Of a stretch of DNA of 64,000 nucleotides, positions 10,503 through 21,174 are shown piece after piece. The notes beneath the pieces are model-generated. The model was not told the DNA's origin and did no database searches. It saw only the letters and a list, made by a program, of their open reading frames with translations. The stretch comes from Octopus vulgaris (taxonomy: Eukaryota): NCBI GenBank assembly GCA_951406725.2, contig OX597815.1:184388001-184452000 (forward strand), written 5' to 3'. Both the position numbers and the translations under genes were made by a program. Each line of letters starts with the position of its first letter. The stretch's first letter is position 1.

Positions 10503-11580
10503 TACGAGAGACAGTGATATCGTCAGTAAATCATAAATCCGAAAGACCACACTCTAAGGTATAAAGTATACGAGTAATTAGATAAAAAATAGTTATGGCC
10601 GGTCTACAGGGTTACCCTGGGTTTCACGTCCATAAAGCGCTTAGCTTTACGGCGTTTCTTCAGACCCCAATGACCGATGGCCTATAATTTCTCTTCAAAG
10701 TGGAGGGAAAAAAGTCCTCGTTGCTACTTGCTGACCGCTCAGACTGTTAAATGCAAGGGATTGTCTCCCTTAAACCGCTATCCTCAGTCCACGTCGTCGG
10801 CTTGTGGGCTCCAGGTCTTCAGTAGGAATCTCTTGAACTGTAAGCAGGGTCCGAAGGCTTCCGTCTTGGAATTGAAAATGTTCCCCGGATCGAGGGAATT
10901 CTTTAATATACTCGCCCATTCAGCTTGCTACGCTTTCTCCCGTAGATGTAAGGTCCCAGTTCTTCTACAGCCTTCATGGGAATACTTGTGGAGTTCCTTC
11001 GTCCTTCAGACGCCACACGTGACTGGCTAAAAACGAGGCGTATCTTCTGTCTGGGATCCTGAATGAGGACCTGTGGCTGGAGAGGCGCTGCTAGAAGGTG
11101 GTTCCGGAATATCTAATATATCTTCGTATATTGCTGTTGGCGATTGCTGTTTCTGTTGATGTTGCTAATACTTCCGCTGTTGCTGGTGCTGACGTAGGGG
11201 ACATCATCGGTGGCGGTTTTGATGCTGCTATAGCTGTCGTCGTTGCTGTTAGAACTGTTATCGGCGTTATATTGGTGGTGGCTGCTGTGTTGCCGCTGTT
11301 ATCATGATTAGCGATTATCATTAGCGGTGATGTTGTGCTATTTTTGCTATAATTGCTGCCGTTTCCGGTAATATTGCTACTCCTGCTACTGGAGATCAGT
11401 TGGAAAGCTGCTGCTGCCATTAGGATCTGGTATCACTTCAGCTTCATAAACGACCGACTTGGTTTCACATTGGCCCCCTGCTAGGCATCTGCTGTACTCC
11501 CAGCGTGAGCATCTCGCCTCCGCTCAAGGTCTAGGTGTGCTAACTTAAATAATCTTAATATTTGTGGGGAACACAAAATA
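10503..11580 (-). mobile_element. Penelope-like element 3' fragment: degenerate GIY-YIG endonuclease plus pLTR
   Basis: Translation ARCSRWEYSRCLAGGQCETKSVVYEAEV...RRYIRYSGTTF*QRLSSHRSSFRIPDRRYASFLASHVWRLKDEG...PYIYGRKR...NIFNSKTEAFGPCLQFKRFLL matches PLE GIY-YIG C-termini. Hammerhead follows; the element ends at a TA array. Confidence 0.85.
10609..10667 (-). ncRNA. Type I hammerhead ribozyme in a Penelope pLTR
   Basis: GGGT-CTGAAGA-A-[ACGCCGTAAAGC taagc GCTTTATGGACGT]-GAAA-CCCAGGG-TA-ACCC: intact core, GUA cleavage triplet, all three stems pair. Confidence 0.85.
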
Positions 11581-12233
11581 TGTGTCCGTACTTATGTTTA
11601 TGTATACATACATACATACATACAATGATTCCGAATGCCGTTCAAGAATTTGGACCTGGAGATCTCCATTTCCAGCGACTTCTAGGGCCACTTCCCAGTG
11701 GTGTCAGGCGTCAACGAAGAGCCCTTGACTACAACAAAACGACCAAAGTTTTTTTTTCCAAGGCCTGGGGTCTCCCGCTCCTAAGCCCTAGACCATTATT
11801 TAATCACCCTTACCCATCTTGTTGCTTAACAACAACAACGTGTCCGAACTGTTAGAATGTCAGCGTATAATTTGAAGCAAAAATGAAATGTAAATCTGGG
11901 AGATTATGAAGTATCTTACGTCACCTGACGATGCCCTTTTACACTGTGTGTTGCATCTGGTGTTATTACATCATTTCACACCCACTAGGCAGCAATGCAG
12001 AATGAAGCCAAAACGAGTGTTGCGCTAATAAATGCTTCTACGGATACTTTACATGTATCTCGAATTCCAAACGTAGTTTCAATTAGGAATGCACAGTGTC
12101 GCTGATGGCACATAGCAGCCATAATTGGTGAATGTGCTCTTCTGGCACACTACCTGCGATTTACCCCGAAACAAGGTTTGGATACAGCATTTGACGCCTT
12201 CTTTCTAATCCATAATTCGTTAATTCCAAATTG

Positions 12234-12264
<31 letters not shown>

Positions 12265-12995
12265 TAGAAAAAAACTCCACCTTTTATAGGTTTATAATAT
12301 ATCTATACATATGTGTATGTGTGTGTGTGTATATAGGGAGTCATGGTTTCATAGTTTAAAAGTTGTCCATAAATTTGGAAAGATCGTATAGAGTATTTTT
12401 TCAAACTTGTTATTTTAATGAAACAACTGCTATTATTATAATCAAGAATCACAAGAAATTGTCAATTAATAAAAGTCTTCCAAAATTATATTTACCAATT
12501 ACAGTGACCAAAATAAGTTTAAGACCGATGATGACAGTTCTTATCTTTCATTAATATATTTTTAATAAAACTGTATAACATCATTTTACTTTTTATAGTT
12601 TATGCAGAATTTTTTTCTCGTTGGAATAATAAAAGCGTTAAAAATAAATTAAAGAAAGAATACAACTGTCATCATCGGCCTTAAACTTACTTTGGCCAGT
12701 GTATATACAACTCTAAGTTCTGGTAATTTTCCTGATTTGTTTTACGTATGCAATACGTGTGTTCATAAGTGGATCTTATTTTGTTGTTAACAATGTCTAA
12801 TTATTCTATGCACCTTTTGTGAACTTCTATAGAATATTGTGTTGCTAATAGGTAATCCGTTAGTTTTTTCGTGCACTGTATTCAAACAAACTTGTATATT
12901 CTTGGAAAATAAATTGCGCTCACGCAGTCTTGATGTGATAGGCCATGTGAAATTAGAGAGAAATACATCCCTCTGAAAGATCATTTAATTTTCTT

Positions 12996-13215
12996 CGGGT
13001 GTGTGTGTGTGTGTGAAAAGTTCCTGGCTTTTGGTAAACGAAGATACTGGAGGATCAGTTAATTATATTAGACAACACATACCCCTCAGATTCACACACT
13101 TATTGCAGTGATCCTTCAGCTTTTCTAAGTCTTGTAAAAGAACTCGGATGGTTAAGCCTCCAACCGGGTCTTTTGCGACACCCCTATAATCAGTAACTTT
13201 TCAGTACCCCTCGTA
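12996..13215. mobile_element. Tc1/mariner-type MITE, copy 2
   Basis: Homologous to 2772-2992; right TIR aacttttcagtacccctcg-ta; left TIR interrupted by (GT)n. Confidence 0.8.
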
Positions 13216-13219
13216 TATC

Positions 13220-13800
13220 ACCTTCACCAACTGTACCTTCACCGTTGTATCCTTCGCAACATCCAGGTTCATAACTTTAGAGAAAGAGACTGAGTGTTGG
13301 TGCATTATGTGGAAATTCCTTACATAATGAATACTCGTTTGGTTCAGCAATTTGTGTTTGTCTGTTGTCTTTTTTGTATTTTCGTAAGAAATGTTGCAAT
13401 CGTTGTGATAATTTCCCTGTCTCTCCAAATCATCGATAGTGGAAAATCCATTGATTTTCTATTTTGGTTTTGAGACATGATATAATTCAGCTGACAGAAT
13501 AATTATAAGTCCGTTTGACAATTAATGTTACGACAGATGCTGGGGGAACCCCTATTACGGTTGTACTGAAATGTCCCTTCCTGTATTTTATGATATGCTG
13601 GATGTCAACAAGAAAGAAATTATTGTCTCCTATTTTCAGTGGTTGTTCCAGTCATAGTTAATCGTAAGTCGGTCCCAAGCTTCGATACATATTTGATATT
13701 CCTTAAAATTCTGTCGCCATTGGATGCCCCATATTTGTCTTTCATATTCCTTTTGAAGCTCGTAAAAGCCAGTTTTCTTCAAAAGAGTTATTTAATTCCT
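13220..13800 (-). mobile_element. Degenerate ORF remnant, possibly non-LTR ORF1-like
   Basis: Long frameshifted protein-like stretches (KTGFYELQKEYERQIWGIQWRQ; LKIGDNNFFLVDIQHIIKYRKGHFSTTVIGVPP); family not secure. Confidence 0.25.
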
Positions 13801-13825
13801 TCAAAGTAATAATGGCCTCCGTATT

Positions 13826-13962
13826 TAGACACATAATAAGACACATAACATAAGACACATAATTATTACGATAATAATTAGACACATAATATAAGATAAA
13901 TAATAACTACGATACATTCATTAGACACATAATATAAGACACATAATTACTACGATACATTC
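13826..13962. repeat. ~42-bp minisatellite built of agacacataa subunits
   Basis: ttagacacataatataagacacataattactacgatacattca repeated about 3 times. Confidence 0.85.
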
Positions 13963-13974
13963 ATGGCCTGTGTC

Positions 13975-14282
13975 ACCGTCGGTGTGTGTTCGATTTAATT
14001 CGTTCAACGGAACAGTCTACTTGTGAAATTAACGTCCAAGAGGCTGAGTAACCCACAGGCACCTGCACTTTTCATGTAGTTATCAAGGAGATTCAGGATG
14101 ATGCAGAATGTGACAAGGCTGGCCCCTATTGTATTACAGGTACAACTAATTTTTGCCAGCTGAGTGAACTGGAGCGACAGTAAATAAAGTATCGTGCTCA
14201 GCCACAACGCACCGACAGGAATCGAACTCACGACTTTAGGATCATGAACCGAATACCCTAATCACTAAACAACGCACCTTTA
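13975..14282 (-). mobile_element. Modular tRNA-SINE C2 (body X, tail P)
   Basis: tRNA-like head, body ctgagcacgatactttatttactgtcgctccagttcactcagctg; tail shared with 55507-55842. Confidence 0.75.
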
Positions 14283-14344
14283 CAACATATATATATAAAT
14301 ATGTACATACATATGCACATAGATATATATATAATTTGTATATA

Positions 14345-14612
14345 TATATATATATATATATATACGACGGCCTTCTTTTAGTTTCCGTCTAACAAATCCA
14401 CACTCAAGGCTTTGGTCGGCCAGAAGCTGTAGTATAAGACACTTGCCCAGGGGTGGCTATGTGGTAAATAGCTTGCTTACCAACCACATGGTTCCGGGTT
14501 CAGTCCCACTGCGTGGCACCTTGGGCAAGTGTCTTCTACTATAGCCTCGGGCCGACCAAAGCCTTGTGAGTGGATTTGGTAGACGGAAACTGAAAGAAGC
14601 CCGTCGTATATA

Positions 14613-14664
<52 letters not shown>

Positions 14665-14958
14665 CGTGGTTGCTTGTGTGTCCGTGTTTGTCCCCCTAGC
14701 ATTGCTTGACAACCAATGCTGGTGTGTTTATGTCCCCGTCACTTAGCGGTTCGGCATAAGAGACCGATAGAATAAGTACTGGGCTTACAATGAATAAGTC
14801 CCGGGGTCGAGTTGCTCGATTAAAGATGGTGCTCCAGCATGGTCGCAGTCAAATGACTGAAACAAGTAAAAGAGTGTAAAGGTGCCACGCACTGGGACTA
14901 AATCCGGAACCATGTGGCTGGGAAGCAAACTTCTTACCACAGAACCACTTCCGCGCCT
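14345..14958. mobile_element. Full plus-strand SINE B (14452-14875) nested in an opposite-strand SINE B
   Basis: The minus copy is split at acttgccca|...|aggtgccacgc around the plus copy. Confidence 0.85.
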
Positions 14959-15014
14959 ACATACATACGTACATACATACATACATAAACACTACTACAT
15001 TATGTATGATGTTA

Positions 15015-15955
15015 CATAGACAAACTTATGATCTGCATGTTTTTACGTGACTTTATGTTCTTAGAAGAGAGGGATTACTAGAGATCGATCTGTCAGTTCT
15101 TTCACTATGTCCTTCTCCACAACTAATGCGTTGCCACAAATCCACAGCCTTTTACTTGTATTTTACCTGTACACTCTGATTCATAAGCGCCAAGAGAACC
15201 AAAATACGCTGCAGTGCGCATGATCACTTGAATGTATTGGGCTGTCCGGAAAGTTCGTGCCGATATATAGTATCTTAACTTTCGCCTTATTTTATGACAT
15301 GGTTGAGTCCATGAAATAGGATTTTACTACACCTCCATTTATTGCGCAGTTCAAGCTATCTTTTCGTGGAAGAAGGTTTATGTTCCTATAACCCATGTTA
15401 ATTTTGTAACCCTTTAATATGGAAGATAAGAAAGTTCATTTTCGGTATTTGATGCTTTGGGTTCCAGAAAAAAATTCATGCAGCTCGGCTGGAATGTGTT
15501 ACCTCACACTCCATATTCACCAGATATTGCTTCTTCGGAATTCCACTTATTCAGGTCCCTGCAGAATAGTGTTAATGGTAAAAATTTCAATTCCTTGACT
15601 GACGTAAAACGATACCTTGATGAATTATTTGCCATGAAACCCCCTCGATTCTGGGAAGAGGGTATTTTCAAGTCAAAAGAACGATGGAGACGCGTTGACC
15701 TTTTTCTTTCCTTTAAATATCGGCACGAACTTTCCGGACAACCCAATAGATAAACGTATGCTCTGCGTGTTTTTACGTCCTAGGAGAGGGACTGATAGAG
15801 ATCGATCTGTCAGTTCTTTCAATATGCCCTTCTCCCCAACCAATGCGTTGCCACTATTTCACTGCCTCTTACTTATATTTTACCTGTACACTCTGATTCA
15901 TAACCGCCAAGAGAACCAAGATACGCTGCAGTGCGCTTGATCACTTGAAGGTATA
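15015..15955 (+). repeat. Diverged ~210-220-bp tandem duplication (15015-15236 and 15747-15955) flanking a mariner
   Basis: Both copies contain tagagatcgatctgtcagttctttca...ttttacctgtacactctgattcataa.cgccaagagaaccaa.atacgctgcagtgcgc.tgatcacttgaa. Confidence 0.9.
15237..15746 (+). mobile_element. Internally deleted mariner (510 bp) with transposase C-terminal remnant
   Basis: TA TSD; ~30-bp TIRs ttgggctgtccggaaagttcgtgccgatat / atatcggcacgaactttccggacaacccaa; LGWNVLPHTPYSPDIASSEFHLFRSLQN corresponds to the mariner YSPDLAPSD motif. Confidence 0.95.
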
Positions 15956-16382
15956 AAGCATAAGACCTCGACTGCATTCTGGAAGCAGTGATGGTCATGG
16001 CGTCAAAACAATTTATTTTGCGAATCAATACCTTTTTTGGCTGATTAGGTGAAAATCTTTCTGTCACTCTATTCTTCAAACGGGTATTTCGTGTTGAAAG
16101 TGTTGCTTTGTCAGCTTCTTCGAATAATTTAGTTACATTTTAGTCTTGCTTCACATACCAGCCTAAACAACAGAAACACACGTACAAATACACACACGTA
16201 TATATATATATATATATATATATACATAATTACACATCCATCCACACACATACCTACCTACCTATACCTACCTACATATCTGCTTACCGCCCCATTCACA
16301 CTTATCTATATATGCCTGTGTGAGTGTGTATATATATATCATACACCTGTCTTCGTCTTTTCTTTTTCTATAAATTTCAACT

Positions 16383-16422
<40 letters not shown>

Positions 16423-17173
16423 TAACCATATCTTCCTGTAGTGCTGCTAAAATTTTAGACATCAGTAACGCAATATTGAATTCCAGTCGTAATTGATGGG
16501 TTTTCTTATAATGAGATATTGATTTTAAATTTTTGACACAAGGCCAGCAATGTTAGAAAATGGGTTAGTCAATTACGGCCACTTCAGAAAGAAAGAAACA
16601 AAGTCAAAACCCGGAGGTATTTGTCCGGTGTACTAACCACGTCTTCCACGTTAATACTTACACATACTACCACACTGAAAGATACACTACACACACACAC
16701 ACTTTCTTCTTTTTCTACCGCTACTGTGGTAGTGTGTTATACAATGCTATCCTATTACCATATTAGCGTTGTGTATAAGTTAGATCTTCTCCAACCCTTC
16801 TATTGAAATTTGATATGGGCTTTTGTACAGATGTTCAATAGAAGACTGTAATATTTGGTGATTGTTGCTATCAAGCAATTATGTTAGAATATGGTAATGT
16901 GTTTTGAGCTGAGTACAAACACTTATGTTTTATGATTGTCCCTCTTTCAGATATTGGCAAACCCATGCCGCTGCTTCTGTTAAATGACTCTTCTCCTCCC
17001 CTTTGTAATCTGTCTTCCTCTGTTCTTTATTCTACTTGCATCTTCCATCTTTTCCTCTTCCGTCCCCCATGCAATAGCCATTCCTTCAGTGATCTGCTTG
17101 TTATAACCAGAAATGTCTCTGCAGTAACATTAAATTTCGTAGGGCGTTCAATTTTTCTCAATTGTTCAATAGA

Positions 17174-17310
17174 TCATTTGAGCAAACATATCAGTATTGA
17201 ACCTATAATGATTACTGGAAACACCTGTAAGCCAAATTTGCTCCAATAAAGGATAAATCTTGCGATGGTCGTTAGAGATTTTTCCTTTATTGGACCAAAT
17301 TTGGCTGCGT
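17174..17310 (-). other. Exon-like segment (xAAKFGPIKEKSLTTIARFILYWSKFGLQVFPVIIIGSILICLLK*): host terminal exon or degenerate PLE 5' ORF
   Basis: Strong acceptor gctaattatttttattgttacag|; open frame with a hydrophobic C-terminus; the frame continues past the stop, suggesting a decayed longer ORF. Confidence 0.25.
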
Positions 17311-18257
17311 CTGTAACAATAAAAATAATTAGCAAGTAATTAAATTGTAATCATTTAATTAAGTTAGGGATTTGACCACAAGCCTGAATGAATTAAGGAA
17401 TGTCTAGCCAATTAACTGCTTGTCTAATTAGCTCACTACTTAGGTACTGCGGTTGTTAGTTGAGAAGACAGACTTTGTATTATAATCTCCCCGTTTAGGT
17501 CACTTTCCTAGTCATTACCAACCCTTAACCGTAATTATAATCTTTATCAACCCCCTCCTATTTCTTTTCCTACGGAATTAATTCCCATTATTGTTTACTA
17601 AATTCCCACTCCTATTTTATAAAGTTTTTGGACCGTTCCCCCACCCAACCGCCTTAATTATTAATTGTCCAGACAGATACCTCTCAATGTTTTAATGATG
17701 CCTCTGGCGTTGCTCATTCCTTCGCATTGTACTTGTTTACATGTTTGTTTGTTTTTTATTTACAATGTCCTAAGCGTTTTGGAGCCCCTTACAACATATA
17801 CCACTTTTCCATAGTGTATTTATATCAATCCGTATAATGGTCTTAATAGCTTGTCTTTTATTTTTAAATTTAACTGATCAATTATATCGAACTCTGGACC
17901 TTGGTCAATCCCATTATAATTAATATGATTGAACTTTACCACATATCAATAAGTAAATAATTAAAATTAATTCTCGGTCACTTTATTATGATAGAAACTA
18001 TTAATTAGTGTGATAATCGTAATTAAGAACTATTATGATTACTTCAAAACGTTATGGTAATTTCACTCCCTCTTTGATTAAGCCTATTAGCATATCCTGT
18101 TATTGTTAATTTTTTTTAATTTTTACTTTTTTAATTACTTATCCACCCTATTACCCCCATACAAACGTTTAACCCACCATTTACTATTTTAAGTTTAGTC
18201 ATTTATTCAACGTACCAAAGCGATACATAAGCAAAATGGTATGATTTAAGCATCTTA

Positions 18258-18490
18258 AGGCGGCGAGCTGACAGAAACGTTAGCACGCCGGACGAGATGC
18301 TTAGCGGTATTTCGTCTGCCGCTACATTCTGAGTTCAAATTCCGCCGAGGTCAACTTTTCCTTTCATCCTTTCTGGGTCGATAAATTAAGTACCATTTAC
18401 GTACTGGGGTCGATGTAATCGACTTAATCCATTTGACTGTCCTTGTTTGTCCCCTCTGTATTTAGCCCCTTATGGGTAGTAAAGAAATAG
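18258..18490 (+). mobile_element. SINE family A with TSD
   Basis: Full copy flanked by ggtatgatttaa(g/a)cat. Confidence 0.95.
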
Positions 18491-18555
18491 GTATGATTTA
18501 AACATATTCAGCCTTTCTTTTTGCCTCTCTTGGCTCTTTTCTTTGTGTATTTTTT

Positions 18556-18677
18556 TTCACTCTGATGAAGCTCCATGTTCCAGAGCGGATGCATTACCAA
18601 ATATGATGAATATTATTTTTAGAATATCCATGGCAATACCATATTACACTGGAAACAGAAACAGCTGTTAAATTGAA
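18556..18677 (+). ncRNA. Degenerate hammerhead-like motif with extended stem II (pLTR-like)
   Basis: ttcact-CTGATGA-AG...tgttccag..(~60 nt)..ctggaaaca-GAAA-CAGCTG-TT; stem I imperfect. Confidence 0.4.
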
Positions 18678-19122
18678 TGCAGTATTTTTGATTTGAATTA
18701 AAAAAGTAATAATTGATATTAGTCAAATGTTATTGATCAACATTTCTCCATTTTTCTCTTTACTTTTAATTTGATTCCTGATAAACTCATGTTTACCTTT
18801 GTCAGTACATATAATCTATGAGCCTAATATGCTTGCATATGTATGACCAGGGTTAACCTAGGTAAATATATCGGTAGTATAACGGATACTTTTACCCCTT
18901 AGACGGTTATTCCAAGCTCTAATTCTACTAACCTATATATGTACATATATATAATACTCTCGCTCGGTTATATGTAGAGAATTAGTGGTTTAACTACTGC
19001 ATCAGAGAATTTTAGCTCTTATTTCTAGCAATGTAGGTGTTTCTAACAACCTAGTCCTATTTAGTGACGATTATAGCTTTTATTTTTGGTAAAACATCGC
19101 AAAATGCTATCTATATAATTTG

Positions 19123-19420
19123 TAGGTGTGGCTGTGTGGAAAAAAAGCTTGCTTCCCAAGATTACATGGTACTGGATTCAGTATTCAGCAACTGTCTTCT
19201 ATAGCCTCCGGCCGACCAAGGTCTAGTGAGTGAACTTGTTAGACGGAAACTGAAAAAAGCCTGTCGTGTATATATATATATATATGTTTGTGAGTTTGTG
19301 TTTGTCCCCCACACCAACATCGGTTGTCAAGCGATGTTGGGAATAAGTCCTGTGGTTGATTTGTTCGACTAAAGGCGGTGCTCCATCATGGCCGCAGTCA
19401 AATGACTGAAACGAATAAAA
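19123..19420 (+). mobile_element. SINE family B (deleted)
   Basis: Family B head and tail aaaggcggtgctccatcatggccgcagtcaaatgactgaaac. Confidence 0.85.
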
Positions 19421-20562
19421 GAATATATATGTATTCAATTATTTTATTACTTATTTGTGCCAGTGCCGCCTTACCTTACAGTAGCTTGGTATTAATATTC
19501 ATTTACGGCACTATATACGCTGCGAATTATACGATGTAAAATATTTGCTAAATGTTTTACTGTCATGGTTTGTATGTAAACGTTAGTGTTGATATGCTAT
19601 TAAATAATTTAGTTCAAATTTACTATATTAGAAAATCAATTTTCTAGCATCTCATACATATGTACTGCAAATTAGACATAATCAATAAGTTTGCGATTTT
19701 ATATGTAGGTAATTACGTTTTTAAACGAAGTATGTGTTGACAATGTAACTAACAATAGATATATATTTTATAAATATAAATTAAAATTCCGATGTGTGTG
19801 TGTTTTTTTGTCTATGTGAGTATTTGTGTGTGCGTGCATGTTTGTGCACCTATATACGTGTGCCTGTGTGTAAGAATATATGTTTTCGCGCAGCCATATC
19901 AGAACCGATGGCCACTTTTTTTAGTATTCATTTTAATTATACTGCATTGGTTAAGGACGTCTGGTTTCCATTTTATGCTAACATTAGACTTCAGTTGAGA
20001 ATTCAAAAAAAATGTTCTTTCGTTTTCTTTATATTTCTGCTTTTCTACATAAATAAACTAATATTGTATAATCTTTTCCACGAGAGCTATTCGGCTGCTG
20101 TCTACGAAGTAAGCCAAGATTTCATTCTGGTGCATCAAGCATTCTCCTTCAATGGACATGACACAAAATTTCTTGCTCAAAATATTTTATGATCAAAACG
20201 GCAGAATAATTTTTCATAACACCGGAATTTAAAAAATCTTTATCATTTAATATCCGGTTTGCAATACTATGCTTGGATTTGAGATATCATTTGATTAAAA
20301 TTTTTAATGCCCATTGTTGTAATTCTGTAATCAGACTACCTGTCATCATCAGCGCATGTTTATCTGGTGAGAGGCATTTCTGATATGTCTCATTTCCGTG
20401 TGATGACGAAATCATTCAGATGTCATGTCATTTTTCTAGTTGGCCTTTTGTTGGAAAACACATAAATTTATGCGCAGACACACAGTCATAAGCATGCAAA
20501 TGCGTATGGATTCATCTTTATCTCCTATTTCTTGGCATATACATGCATATATTTCATATATG

Positions 20563-20607
<45 letters not shown>

Positions 20608-21174
20608 GTGTGTGTGTGTGTGTGCGTGTGTATATAGAAAGAAAATGAGATAGGTAAGTTGATAATTATATGCAAAAATGTAAGCATGCATGTATGTGTG
20701 TGTATATATATATATATATACATACATTTATACACATGTATATAGGTATATATGTATGTATATTGGAAAATGTGTGAGATCCTTGGTACAGTTAGGTATA
20801 TATTTTTCAAATTATATATATAGATAGATAGATAGAGAAGGTGTCCCAAAAGTTACTAATGGGTTTCAATTTTTAATAAGTTCCTTAACTTTAATGATAT
20901 CATAACCAAAAGGTGTGTATATATCAATTAATTATAAACGTTAATAAAGAAGATGAAATGGAATCAGTTTTAATATCCATTCATGTACTTAATTATTTAT
21001 TAGATGGTTTCTATAAAGACTGCTCAAGGCATTTACATATAGAATAACTGCAAAGATACACATGCTATCAATTAATTTTAAGCCATGAATCAGAAAAAGT
21101 ATAAAATGTATACCCATACATACACACATATGTGCATATAAGCATATATATACATACACAAATATTTATACGTT

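Noticed and set aside
20836-20920. Isolated Tc1-like TIR (ggtgtcccaaaagt), and another at ~55470-55497
   Set aside because: No partner TIR or internal sequence identified
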